64,000 bases of DNA from Antedon mediterranea (lineage: Eukaryota; Animalia; Echinodermata), in assembly GCF_964355755.1 (NCBI RefSeq), contig NC_092670.1, positions 18,400,795-18,464,794 of the forward strand, written 5' to 3'. Each line of letters starts with the position of its first letter. The stretch's first letter is position 1. The notes beneath the pieces are model-generated. The model was not told the origin of the DNA and made no database searches. It was given only the letters and a program-made list of their open reading frames with translations. This document shows positions 14,217 to 27,702 of the stretch, in pieces. The position numbers and the translations under genes are program-made.

Positions 14217-15118
14217 GGGCCTGTTTCTGCTGAGCAGAAATAATCGATTATTAACCGTTTATTTTTTTAATCGATTATTTTTGGGCAGCAGAAACGGCGC
14301 AAAATAAAATAACCGATTAAAAATAACCGATTAAAAACACTCAATCCATTGCGTGTTTTAATCGATTATTTCTTGTTTTAACCGATTATTGCGGAGCAGT
14401 TTTGAGCTGCAACACAAATAGCGATTATTGACCTCACTTTGACCTCTAGAGTATGACAAACTTATTCACGTAACAAAGCATGCTGTTTTGCGCGATATCG
14501 ACGACGATCAGCAAAACCACGATCGCGATGTATACCGAATAACAATCAAATGTTAAACATTTGATTTGTATTATTTTGTGGGGGAGAATTATACCGAGAG
14601 ACTCCAGGATTCTGTGTTACAAGTACACCCGTTACATACCACCAGTCCAGGCTAACGATGTTTTACATGTCATTTTTTAGGCCTGTTGTCTGTTGACTTG
14701 TTTTGGTAGAAATATATAGCCTATAGGCCTAGCAGGCCGAAGGTAGAACCAACGAACGGCGAAACGAACTTTTTTCGCCGACGTGTCCTTATTAATATAA
14801 CATCATTATTCTGTTGTATGTGGTACGGTAGTAGGCCTAGATGTTTATTTTACAAATAATATAGCTTTACGTAAGAGTAATTTTTAATCCTACATGTGAG
14901 AGTTTTAGGCAGCGATACGATGTTAAAACAAACCAACTCTCATCGGCCTTTCATAACTTGAACTCCGCTGTGGGGGAATGATGACGTGATTTTAAAAACC
15001 GATTACCTGAATAACCGATTAAAGTCGTAGCAATTTTCAATTGCAACGCGATTATTTTTGTGGTTTGCGGTGACTGGAAAAAATCGATTATTTTGATTTT
15101 TTCAGCAGAAACAGACCC
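14217..15118. mobile_element. ~900-bp MITE (PIF/Harbinger-like TIRs) with many subterminal AAYCGATTA repeats
   Basis: GGGCCTGTTTCTGCTGA...TCAGCAGAAACAGACCC (16/17 inverted match), TA on both flanks; AATCGATTA/AACCGATTA clustered near both ends. Confidence 0.8.
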
Positions 15119-18100
15119 TATATCTAAGTCAAGAGTTCAATAACAGTTATATTCCGTCCGTAAAAACCGTTTATAAGTATTCAACTTGATCATTCAATCC
15201 CAATTGTTCCTTCCGTCCACTGTTTTTCTTGATCCTTTCCAAACTCAGCATTATCCCAACATCCCACGAACAAGCTGTAACGCTAGCCACTATTTAACAC
15301 ACCGTTGTTATTATTACACCTGTAAAAACACTGATAGGAGCTTTGACGACAATTGGATTTAGATCAGATTAATATTTTAACCACAATTGCTTTTAATAGC
15401 AGTATCATTTTGAATTTTCAAAATTAGAAATCGTTATTAATAGCAGGATGCCTGTAAGCTTAGGATCCCCATCGGTGTTTGTGAAAACATTATATGGTCT
15501 ATTATTAACAATAATAGTACCTATTACAAACTAAACAATTATACAGTAGTTATAAACAGAAAATAATTTTGACCATTTTTGTTTTAAAATGAAGATATTT
15601 TTTCTGTCTAGAAACTTCAATTGTTCTCTGTTCACTTCTTGTTACATTTCGGTACGTTTTGGTTCACTATAAAAATAATCTTTAAAGAATTGAACCCCCA
15701 AACTATTCCATATTATCTTTAGCATAAAGATTTTTACAATTTTTTTTTTAAATGGAGGGATTTTTTATGAAAGATATGGAAACTTCAATTTTTCTTTGAT
15801 CACTTTTTCTCTTCGAATGTTTCCATATTATCTTTAGCCATATGTGTTTGGATAGGAATACTAGTTTTATTCAGAAACTAAAGAAAGTACAAGCTAAAAG
15901 TAAGAATATTCCGTAGAGATTTTTAAGTCGTTGACCGTATGTACACTGTATTTAATATAACAGCCCATGACGCATTAGACAAATGAATAATACTTTTAAT
16001 AGAGCTATATACTACAAAAGCGATGTGCCTAGGTCAGTGGTCCCTAAGCAAGTATTGTACCAAAAGTACGCCAATACGGTATTGTGAAACATACAATGTT
16101 CAGTGTTATTTAAAGTAAAGAAATCTTTTTTTTAAGAACCAATATTTAAACATAAAGAAATAAATAAACGGTTTAAGAAAAGAAATATTTCATAAAATAC
16201 AGAACTAAATGGTTTGGTGTATGATAATAATTAAATGCTGCTTCTTGATGTTTAGTGTTTTCCAAGGAATCAACCAAATACGCAGTACGCGCAACGAGAG
16301 TATTTGACCAATCACACGTGAAAGTTCGGATGGTTCATCGGTTTTGATTGGTCAAAATATGACGCATTGCGCGTTATTGCGTTGCATCCTATAGTGACAG
16401 GTTTTAAGCCGTTTTTATAATTTTATCGCGCAGATCACATGGTTTTCAACTCCATCTTATCTTTAAATTTAATCCAAATTAATTTAGTAAAAACGAATTG
16501 TATTTAGTCAGCAAAAGGAATGTATTGTTGAATTTCCTGTAATATAAGAAAGTGGCCGTTTTCCTGTTTGTTTTGTTGTTTTTAATCCTTTAAAATGAAA
16601 GAGAAAAATAGAAAAGAAAAAGCAATTGATAACTTCCTTGAGAATTAATTCGAATTTTTTGACGTGTCATATTTGGTTTCCCAGCATCCTCTTCAGTTCG
16701 AGCATGATTTCGAACAAAATTTTAGATTTGCATCGACGATAAGCAAATTAGAAAATAATCACGTGTTTTGCGAACTTTAACAATAATGACTGGACAGGAT
16801 ACATTTGCCCTTTTAAGATGAAAGGTCGCCGTACCTCGCAGCAACAGTCTACCACCAACGACAATTACTTTTAAAGTTTGGAAAAGTAATACTATAGAGG
16901 GCGGTAAACTGCAATTACTATGATTAGAGTGCAGTATCACACTCCCCCCGATAGGCCTACTGAAAGTGTCAGAAAACCTTATTGATTCACAGAGCGCGAT
17001 ATTCATTCAAATGCCTACTTGGTTTCAGCGTAGGGCCTACTGATGATATTATATATATAAACAAATACTGTTAATCTAATTAGGTGATAAATATACTTAT
17101 GGGTTGTTGATACTTAATACTAAACCACTATTGATATAACTTTCTTTTTTTTGTTGTTGATGAATATGCCATATTAATCGTCACATAATAGTTATTAACT
17201 TTAACTAAAAATTGGATCGTAAACAAAAATTATTTACCTGAAAATATCTGTTTTACAGTTTATTTTATCTTTTTTATAAGTGAAACCATTAAATAATGTT
17301 ATTTCTTTTTCTATCGAAGTGAGTAACTTGATTAAAACTACAAAATGGCCTGTTCAAAGTCCGATTTTATTATTATTATTATTATTAATTTGTCATTTTT
17401 CATCTCTAATTAAAATGGGTTTCCGATATTGTAATAATCAATTTAATATTATTCTGGAGATGACATAAAGTGGTCATGCTATATAGACCATTCCTTATAT
17501 AATTTATAACGTTGATTGGAATTGGACGTCCGATAACTAAACAATAAAATTCAAACAAAAACTAAATTGATAAAAAATAAATAAACTGATATGAAACCTT
17601 CTTTTCATCAACTATACTAAAAATGTTTCTTTTCCAACAAGTTTATGAAACGTAACATATGCATGTACAGTGCTTTTGGTAATAGTTCATTCTAAGAGTG
17701 CTATATCAAATGTGTAAGGTATGTAACTATACTGATTGACCTATATATAGGCCTAAATTCAAATTAATAGACTCTAAACGGTCCTGATTTCTTCTTTTTC
17801 GAAGGATGATCAGAATACTGAATGTTACGAGTTTCTAGGCCATTCCTCGCCTATTCTTACCAGGATAGAAGCAAGTTACCCGCCGAAAAGGCGATGCCAC
17901 TCGGGATGTTGAGGTGCTATACGTTGTAAGTTGACCTTGTAAGTATACTTAATATATACTATTATACAATACACTAAAAAAGAACACATTTAAATTGATT
18001 GAGAGTCAGATTTTATTAACTTTCTCGCCGGAAAGGCCTAAGTTTTCACCTTAATAAAAATAACCAAGGAATGCCTACGAAAAACCAATCTTTTATCGCT

Positions 18101-18471
18101 TTTTATCGTTTTTATTAAAATGAATTACCCGGTTTTTTAATGATTATTATTATTATTATTATTGAGACTATACCTTATACAACAGCTAATAAGGCCCACT
18201 TCCTAAACATGGAGGAAAACATTTTTCTCAATGTTCTTACGAATGAACATTGTTAGGCCTATTGCTGTTAGTATAATATTTATTAATTAATTAAAAATAC
18301 TTCCGTTATATGCGCTGTATATGTTTATTTACACTTATTAATAAATCGTATATAATTTACTAAACCGTCGTTTATCTCTCATTTGCTTTATGTAATCGTA
18401 TAGTTTATTAATATCAGGTATTTCAAAAATATTTGTTTTATTTCAATCATCAATGGAGTACCCCTTCAGTT

Positions 18472-18610
18472 TAGACGAGTAGGGGGTTACCCCGGTGTAT
18501 TAGTACATCACAGCCACTGATCACCAACTGGGCCCTCTGGGAGATCAGTCTTTGACTGAAGAGGTCACCCAGTATAAAGATAAAACAAACAAACAAACAA
18601 ACAAACAAAA
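18472..18610 (+). mobile_element. 5'-truncated copy of the same SINE
   Basis: Nearly identical to the reverse complement of 27390-27513; ends in (CAAA)n. Confidence 0.8.
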
Positions 18611-20575
18611 TATCATGGTCCTCGTTTCAGGGCTTTTGCATCTCACCAAGTAGGCCTATAACAAATATGGGGAAATAACAACAGAACAACTGAAAATCTT
18701 TAACCAATGCCTACATAGTTTCTCCAGAAATCTTTTACTCTCAAAGTTCCTAAATGTAAAGTTTCAAATAGACGCGAATAAATAAGGAACGCAAAAATAT
18801 AAACATTTTGCGACTAAAATCGGCAAAACATAAAACATATCGGGAAAAAAGTTACTAATGCATTAAATTAATTCCATCGCTTAAATTATTTTTTTATTTA
18901 AAAAAAAAAGGATTGTTAAATTTAAAGAACATAATGTTATTTCATTGTTTTTTAAATGACATTATATATTATGTTATTGTGTATTTATTATTGTTTATAT
19001 TGATAAATTAAATTGTAATCTTTGTTTCAGATAATACCAGTGTACAGGTCGGTAACCTGCTACAGTATGGTCAAATAAAACTAAAAAAACAAACAATTTA
19101 TGGCCTATACGGTACTCTATAACATAGGCCTACAATCAAATGTATTGAGTAATTACAAACAATTTACTCATATCCCACAATTTCATGACATAAATGCTTT
19201 TAATTTGCTTTATAATTTAGGCCTACTGTAGGCCTATAGTTTCAGTGCCAAAAGACATCCTCCGTGACTGTGGATTTTGTCGAAACGACGAAAATGTTCA
19301 CCGCGTTGTCTCAACAAAACCGATTATAACAATTTATATAACTGGACTATTATAAACCCTCACTTATTATTGCCGTATTACATATAGTATAACTATGCAC
19401 AAAATATTTTAAGATCTTGAATTTTCAATTTTATATAGATACTGATTTTACACTCGATTTATACACAAAACGTCAACATCCAGTATTTTCCTACAAATTG
19501 TACATCGTGTGTTTAAAAGGCCCCTTCCAAGAAATACAATTAAATCTAATAAGTATTGGCCTAATTATTGACCAAGTCTTACCATTTCAAAAGTTGAAAT
19601 AACCAATTATACCCAGATTTTTGTAACACTTAATTATATTGATTAATAAAAACGATTTCAAAATCACGTTTTTCAAGCTTTAGGCCTGCTGGACGTTCTA
19701 TGCAGTGAAATAGTGTTTGTCTTGTCCTGGAGAGAGGTCGGGCCTGGCGGCCATCAAATAATTGAGTCTTTTAAAGTATAGCATATCATATGATTTTACA
19801 ACATTTGACGAATAAACGTATAAAATATGATATATTTTTAGTAATGATTGACGTGGCCATGGGCTATTGAAAGAAGTATCAATAACAGAATAGACTGGTT
19901 TCTTAAGCATCCTGTACTTTATGTTGGTGGCTATTGTAAGCATAAGCTTAGTGTAGCTATTTGAAGGTACAATTAGTTGGTTCTTTCTCCTCCTCTTCTT
20001 CTTCTTCTTCTTCTTCTTCTCATCAATATGCTCTGCCGTAACACAAGACTATACCATTCTGATAAGCCTAATTGATATTTTTTTTGACACTCCGCTCTGT
20101 TTAAACCCTTTAAAGATATATTTTCTCTATGAAAAAAGAATTAAACATTTTTTTTTTAATATGCCATTATTATGTCACAAAAGTTATTCACTTTTACCAA
20201 AGATTGGATAAAAAAATATTTACATGATAAACTGTATATTCACATCACGGTTTTTTGTTAAATTTAACAATTTATTTTGTCTTTTTAGAAGTGAAATTAT
20301 TCATTTTGTTAAGGGCCTATATTTAAAGTATGATTTTATTAATCTTTTTCATCTGTAAGTTTTAATTATTCGATGCTGACTTTATAACTGTTATCTTGTA
20401 AACTAGTTTGACTAAGTTTACTTTTCAAACATTTTAACAGTTTTTTTGGTCTTAGTTGCGTCCATTGTATGTTGCAACACCATGTTTCTTGATCAGTCAA
20501 ATGTAAAATACTTTATTATTGAATTTGAATTGAAATATTTTATTTATACTGGCCGACCTCTTAGTTAGCCCAGTT

Positions 20576-20670
20576 ACGATCAGTGGCTTTAATGTAGTAG
20601 GCCTAGTAGGCTACACGAGGGGTAACCCCCTACTCGCCTCGAAAGATTTACTAGGTTCTTAAAGTACACT
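20576..20670 (-). mobile_element. Degraded fragment of the same SINE core
   Basis: GATCAGTGGCT...GGGTAACCCCCTACTCGCCTCGAAAGATTTACTAGGTTCTTAAAGT resembles 27464-27540. Confidence 0.65.
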
Positions 20671-22320
20671 TGTATGGTAAATAACTCGAACAGTCATCCT
20701 GGTTGACAACGACGACTCATCGTTTATATTAAAATAATAATTTAAACTTTTTGAAAAGTGGAGATCGGATAGAGAGGTTTATTCACTTTTGTTTTTAAAC
20801 AAACTTAATTTGTGCTGACTGCTGCTGTAGTTTTATATGACGGAGGATTCCTTGGTATTAATTAAATGGTAAGATACAATGCTAAGTATCCATTGTATAG
20901 ACACTTTCTCATTCTGCTCGATTATTAATTTTAGCTATATGATAACTTCCGGTTTTTCTAAAAATAACCTTGAGGGTAGAGTACAACATGAATGACAAAT
21001 CGTCCACTAAACATAGGTGTTCATGTCAAGGAAAGTTTTAATTACAATTGTCGAAACCTAGCATTCTCAGCATGAGAACACGGTAATTGCTACAGTAAAT
21101 AGGCACGGGTAGCAGTAGGCATTGGTCTGACCGGCTCACTTTCATGTCGGCTTGCGGCGACCGGTTACTCCCGTCACTCGATAGGCATCAATAACTAGCC
21201 CCGCTGATTGTGTCAATATAGAGGTGAGTGGCACAAGGCCTTGGTTTGCAGGTGTATAACAATTACGGTTTCATGTTTAGGCCTCGGTTACTCCAGCTGG
21301 AAATTGGCACAATCATGACCTGGCGAGTTTCTTCCAGCACAGGCAAAACTAATCTCTCATCAGATACAAGAATCCCCTGTTGTTACAATCGCAGGGGAAA
21401 ATTAAGAAACCGTAGCAATACTAATTCTAAAAATAAATTTTTAGTGAGCCGTAATGAAGTCGACAAACTTACACGGCAACAAGGGACTGCCCCGATAGAG
21501 GTCGCATCTTGCAAGTCATTCGACTCAAAAATATATTTTGCTTGTCGCTTGGCAGTTTCCTACATTCATTTCGACAGCAGTTGATTCACGGAGGTATCCT
21601 CAGTGGTTTAGTGGCAAAGAAACACACATCTTTAATTAGAATCTTGTTTTTCCTTCAAGTTTGCGTCAGAATGGTGTGACTGATGCGTTCAGAATCGCAG
21701 ACTAGACAAGTGGATAAAATAATACAAGATTAGAATGGTTTACACCAAACCGTAGTTTTAGTAGAGATATATTTTATATATGAGCAATGTTAGTTCTTTG
21801 ATACATTAGTTTCAGTCTAATATACGTATTTATAGTAATCATAATTTTACCTTCCATAAATTGTAAGCGTTTCCAACAAATGCGCACTATCATAATTATT
21901 ATTAAAGTTTGTACAAAATAGAACTATAGATGGCGCAGTTTATGTTGCTACAAACTGCGCCCCGTAGCAGCTTAACTAATACTTCTAGAGTTATAATTTG
22001 GTTCAATTTTATCAAGAACCAGTAAGCTAAAGATTCTAATTTTAACAATTTAAATATAAATAAAAAGATACCATTAATTTAAGTGTCAAATTAAGAGAGG
22101 CGAGGCGTATGATGTTGGCTGGTACCGTGCAGGTGCGACACATAAAATAAAATAAAGCAGAACAGTTTAATGTATCGATCATTTAAAAACAAAAGTAATT
22201 GACAGTGTGGCTGTATGAAATACTGTACCTATATAACCATAATATTTGAGAGGAGTTACAGAACACGGACCTCATACCCATATCATCATTGGTGGTGCTC
22301 TCAGCAGAAGGATGGAATTA

Positions 22321-22406
22321 TGTCACTTCTGTTTTAAAAGCCATTTTCATGTACTAACGTAACCTGTACGCGCATGCGCTCTTTGTCCTCAATGAAAAGA
22401 TGGCGG
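22321..22406 (+). promoter_or_regulatory. Housekeeping-type promoter of LSM12 with NRF1-like and YY1-like motifs
   Basis: GCGCATGCGC palindrome at 22370-22379. AAGATGGCGG (YY1 consensus) overlaps the start ATG at 22397-22406. Confidence 0.55.
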
Positions 22407-25400
22407 TGTCAGGCGGAGACGCTGGTGAATCAAGGTACAAAATAGGCTCAATTGTCGGTTGTGTAACTTCCTTTGGGGACCATTTTGACGGAGAAGTGAT
22501 GGCATACGATTCACAAAGTAACCTGATTGTTTTGAGTATCCTTTTGTGTATAGATTTTTAGTTAAGTCTGATTGAAATCTACCGTGTTTAATGTTTTAGC
22601 CGGTTGCGTATTTCGTTCATCAACAGCCGACTCGAGTGCGTTTGATCCCTTTTGACAAGGCAGTCGAGGGAGGTCTAATTAACATACTTTTTACTTTAGA
22701 ATGGCTATGTATTATAAGTATTGTGTATTTTAATGTGCCTTATACATTCTGACTTTATTCACCATTTATTTGTGTTGATATTTATTAAATAAAATGGTAA
22801 AATCAAACGGACCGATTTCTGACTGAATTCGTTTTTAATCACACAACAAATTAAAATAAAAACAAAGAGAAGGGCAGTGAGAATAATTAATAATAATCGT
22901 AAATTAAATTACCAATTGTTCCTAAAACTACACATATTTTTACCTCCATCCCCTTGCTGACTATGAATATATTGATTGATGTTTTTGTTTTGTAACTTAA
23001 AATATTTCTGTTCTGACTGTACTTGAACTTGATAATAAGACTATTACCCTACTTTATTTCTCACTACGAAGTCTAGACTGCTGTATGCTTTGAGTTAATA
23101 TTGGCACAGAGTGGCACACTGCTGGTATAGTTCTATTATTAACCTATTATTTTGTTGCTTAATTAAAATAAATATTGTGTGGCTTCTTCTTTAATTCTTC
23201 TTCCCCAAGAAACCAAATCAAACATGGATAAACCAACTTTCAATATTCAATTTTTAAATGTAAAAAACCTAAAATCCATTGAGGTTCTTAAAGAAGCAAC
23301 GGAGGTGCCGCCAGCCTTACCAGCTCTCAATCAAAATAAGGTGAGTAATTTATTCATTGATACTTTCATAAATAATACATGAATATTCATCTAATACATG
23401 AACTGACTAACGCATTAATATTTAATGTATTCAGTATTAATTCCTCCAAGGTACCTTCGCACTAGGTCTGTTTTGGGAAATGATATACTGTACCTTGTAA
23501 AGAATTAAATGGTGTATATTCAAGAAGTGTAAATATAACTTCAAATTGTATGCCTCGTCTATAAAAAAACATTTTCTAAGCTCATTTTAATATTGTATTT
23601 AATCATGGCTAGAGACGTAACAAAACATGTCTACAGAAACGATTTTTTTATTTTGATCTGATGTCTGGTCTGTGAGTGGGAGAAAACGAACAGGAAACAT
23701 AAGAAAGTTGAACTAGACCTACATAATTTTGCAAAATTGTAAAATATTGGGAGTTTATCCAAAAAACAAATTAAAATTTTCTTTATTTCACAGTTGATAA
23801 AAAGAGCAGAAGAAAGTATATTTGAGAAGCAAGAAGCAATTAAATGTCAAGAATTAGGTGTTCCTTCACATGCAATAAAGCTTTATCATACAATTAAAAA
23901 AACGTAAGTAATTCGCATATATAACTGGAGTATAATTGTGTCATACAGAAGGTAATTTACTTTATTATCATCAGTTGTCTTTCATTAAATCACTTATTTC
24001 ACATTTGGTTGTGAACAATGTGTGTATGGTTGTAATAACTAGGTTAATAAACCTAGTAATCCATGTTTACTGTGTAAATAACCCTACTAAACCATGTTTA
24101 TTAATATTAACCAGTGGCATAACGGCTATGAATGCTCACTGACTAAACAAAGGGGCCTCCAAGCTTGTAGGGCGGGGAGGGAAAATGGGCTTTAAAATAT
24201 GTCCAAAAAAAGCTAAAAACACCAGAGGCCTTTGGAGGGCCACTTAGTGTTCCTAAACCAGGGGTTACACCACTGTTTTTTACCCTAGTAATATACATGG
24301 TTTACTGCGGATACAGTGATATACTGCTGTATTTTTGCTTTACCGCCTTGTCCTTCGGTTGGAATACGTTTACCATATTATAAATTTATACTGTACAGTG
24401 GTTAATGGGTTGCTTAAATCTTTCCTTAAGTTATTTACATTGCATTTAACACCTTGCCTGTGAATAATATGCAACATTGTAGGTTTTGAGTTACCCTGTA
24501 AAATTCCAAGCAACAGGCTCATATAAATCAACCTACTATTAACCATTGTTCTTTGCACCAGGTTACATTGTCGTTGGCAACACAGAGATATGATTGTACT
24601 TGATTCAGTTATTGTAGCGCCACCGTACACATTAGAAAGCTGTAGCAGTCAGGACGGGAAAGAGGGCAAAGATTTAGCACAAGTTAAAAAAATTGTAAGT
24701 ATAGTTAGTGACAGTTTTTAATTTTTATCATTAGGCATCTTACATTATGTTATATCGTATTAGAATTACATCATTACTGTATACCGTATTTATTCGAATA
24801 AATGAGGAGGCATTTATTTTTTGGCTGTAATATGGTAACATGTATAATCAAATAAATACCCCCTAGATATGAACAAATACAACACAATTGATAGTGATAA
24901 AATACAGTCAAAATGCTTGATAAATTGTAGATCATGTCAACCAATGTATTGTACTACAAATAGAAGAGTGTTGTATTAGAATATTGTGTATACAGTATAT
25001 GCATGTGACAGGGGCGTTATTCTAGGAAATAAATAAAGGCACTTGGCATTTATTGGAGTGGAGGGTGTTTATTCAAATTGAAGTTCTATTGTGGGGGTGC
25101 GTTTATTCAAAGCGGGGCGTTTATTATAATGAATACGGTATTATGTTTTATTTAAAGTATTAAAAGGCAATATGAGTACAGTACTGTATATTGCAACTAT
25201 TGCTTATACACAATATTTCATTTTGTATCTATTTTGCTTTGGAATAATTTAATCCTTTTCAGTGAGTCCGTGAAAAACAAATATACTAATTGGAAAGTAA
25301 ATTCTGATTCATGATTCTCACAAGTAACAGGAACAGAAATGTGTTCAGATCCACCCACATTCAAAGTCTTCCATCTTGCTTTCAGTAATACTAGTTGTTT

Positions 25401-25555
25401 TAAAGCCTTTTACCCAAACTAATTTCAACATAGCATCTGCCCTCTGACCCACCCAGGCACAGTTTGCTTCACTTCCTGAAAACAAAAACTGTTACTTGCT
25501 TTCTTTACAGATTGAAAAACACATGCGAGATCAACAGACTAAGAGTGGTACTTAA
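22400..25555 (+). CDS. LSM12: LSM12 homolog (Sm-like domain plus AD domain), 184 aa; exons 22400-22535, 23210-23340, 23794-23903, 24562-24694, 25511-25555
   Basis: Exons sum to 555 nt with consistent phases. Protein MAVSGGDAGESRYKIGSIVGCVTSFGDHFDGEVMAYDSQSNLIVLK...PPALPALNQNKL...LYHTIKKTLHCRWQHRDMIVLDSVIVAPPYTLESC...VKKIIEKH matches LSM12 hallmarks (GEVxAxD, PPxLxxLN, TIxKT, CxW, VxIxPPY, VxKIxEKH). Confidence 0.93.
22536..23209 (+). other. U12-type (minor spliceosome) GT-AG intron 1 of LSM12
   Basis: Donor GTATCCTTT at 22536 is the U12 5' splice-site consensus. Branch-like TTCTTTAAT at 23187-23195 lies ~15 nt before the AG at 23208-23209. The phase-1 join gives an in-frame Lys codon. Confidence 0.85.
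24112..24275. mobile_element. Short hAT-like MITE in LSM12 intron 3
   Basis: CAGTGGCATAAC...GTTACACCACTG inverted ends (10/12) with internal GGGGCC-type motifs; TSD eroded. Confidence 0.55.
24784..25138. mobile_element. Tc1/mariner-pogo-like MITE in LSM12 intron 4
   Basis: TA|CCGTATTTATT...AATGAATACGG|TA with subterminal GGGGCGTTTATT repeats. Confidence 0.6.
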
Positions 25556-26343
25556 ACAAACCAGTAAACTCAGGTGAATAAGAAAACAAACAAAAAACAA
25601 CAAAAAAAGGTATCTTCCAAAGACAATGGCACGATTACTGTGCCATATCTGGATTGTATTGCTAAATATCAGAATCTGTTGAAGCTGGTGTTTTGAGGGA
25701 AGTGTTTGCATGGTGCTATAATCGGGCCTATTTCACGATTGTTTAACTGAATGGTGTGCAATAGGCCTGGCCAGTTTACGCTTCACCCCTGAAATGCGTT
25801 CTATCCTCGGATATGCAAGACGGACCAAGAGGCTTTTGGTAATACAATGGTCGGAACTTGCTGATGTTATCGGCCTATGAAAACCATTGCTGTAGGAGAT
25901 CCTATGTACATCTAAAATCTTTTCAATAGATAAGGGTTGCTCTACTTTGTTCTTACGCCTTCAAACAAAAATTTGGTCAACCTGTACAGCTTGAAACGAC
26001 GTTGTTTCAGAGCTAGCTTTGTGTTTTTGTTCCGCAATGGTTGATCCGTACTTGAAAAATCAATGAATGAACATAAAGCTACATTGTGGAGAAAGATGGT
26101 TCTAAAAATCATTAATTAAAAATTGATAAACTTATGAATATTCATGAATGCTATTACAATAATTATGAATATTTATAAATGGAATGTCATATGTCATTGA
26201 TAAAAAAATTAGCTATCTTACTGACACATGGATATTCATAGTACAAAATATTGAAATAAACTCATGAATATTTACAACTTTGAATAATTAATTTATGAAT
26301 ATTCATGAGTTACTACTAGTGGCATGTACCTGTACAATGTGTA

Positions 26344-26590
26344 AAGCTGATTTTCCACTAGGCGAATTAATTCACGCAAATCAAAAGCATCGGCTTATAT
26401 GCATGCATATTCATGTTTCCATCTTCCAAATCCTGCGACGAATTCTAAATTTTTTAGTTCAAATTGTTTCTACTTTTTGCGAAGCGATAATTTGCGCAAA
26501 CAATCAAAGCTCGAGAAATCGATCAAGACCAATCATGCGAATCGAAAAGCTCAGCAGACGAATATCTTCGTCTAGTAGAAAACCGGCTTA
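26344..26590. mobile_element. Harbinger-like MITE (AGCY..TTTTCCACTAGGCGAA TIR family)
   Basis: AAGCTGATTTTCCACTAGGCGAA...TTCGTCTAGTAGAAAACCGGCTT; related copy at 56309-56481. Confidence 0.6.
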
Positions 26591-27387
26591 ATGCATGTAT
26601 ATTGATATGTACAAGCAAGGTGTGTAAGGTATAGCCTCACTATTTATTGAGGTATGGAGCGCAAAGAAGGTCACAATATGGAAGATACAACCTGGTAAAG
26701 GATTAAACTCAATGATTCCAGCTGCTGTCAGCGCTGTGGCCGAGTTTTCCAGGTTATTATTTATTAAGTTTCATTTTTTTTTCATTCCCGGTTTAAATGG
26801 ATTGGTTTGTTAATTTACCAACATCTTTAAAATAGTCTTTGAAGGAAACATTCAAATGAAATGAATTTGAAAATAAAAACATTAAAATATACAAAAGGGT
26901 TATGAGATAAAACATCTCAGATCAAAATAAAAGTGACATTTATATAGACACATTTGTCAAACATGTTTTATTGGTATCATGTTCCATTTCGATATTTCTG
27001 ATGCATTACCGTCGTTTTTCATGTGAACCTGCTTTTGTTGTTTTCCATATACTTTTTCCCCTGTGTGCGTTATTTTATTGTTTACTTGTGCGTTCTTTAT
27101 TGTTTTCATAGTGTGCTTTTGTTGTTTCCCAAATACGTTATTTTTTCCTATTGCGTTATTTTATTGTTCTCGATGCGTTCTTTTATTGTTATACCTGTTA
27201 TTGTTATTACTGTATTTCCTTTTTGGAAACGCATCGTGAACCGCAAGCCTTACGCTCTGTTATTGTTATAAACAAGAGACAAACACAGTTTCGGATGCCA
27301 TGGTGTAGATGTGTATTTCACAGAAACAAGCGATACTTGTATCAAGTTAGTATGACGTCATCACATCTACGTAAATGTGAGGTCATT

Positions 27388-27702
27388 ATTTGTTTGTTTG
27401 TTTTATCTTTATACTGGGTGACTTCTTCAGTCAAAGACTGATCTCCCAGAGGGCCCAGTTGGTGATCAGTGGCTGTGATGTACTAATACACCAGGGTAAC
27501 CCCCTACTCGTCTCGAAAGATGTACTAGGTTCTTTAAAGTGCACACGAGCAAGTTGTGTACACTGGACCTACGGTTTATAGTCTTTATCCGAGAAGACTC
27601 GTTCTACCACCAGAACCATGGAGTGAGTGAGCCTCGAACCCCTGCCGATGTTATGGCTACGTGATTACGGTTCCACTGTCTTAACCGCTCGGCCACTCAC
27701 TC
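27388..27702 (-). mobile_element. Full-length tRNA-derived SINE with Deu/Nin-like central domain and (CAAA)n tail
   Basis: Minus strand has A box TGGCCGAGCGG, B-box-like GGTTCGAGGC, core TAAAGAACC...GAGTAGGGGGTTACCC.GGTGT and tail AAACAAACAAAC. Near-identical 3' half at 18472-18610. Confidence 0.82.

Noticed and set aside
21228-21584. 118-aa ORF upstream of LSM12
   Set aside because: GTG start, no recognisable domain and no supporting splice structure.
25725-25767. GGCCTATT/AATAGGCC hairpin in the LSM12 3' UTR
   Set aside because: Built from the genome-wide abundant AGGCCTA motif; lacks SECIS or other recognisable cores.
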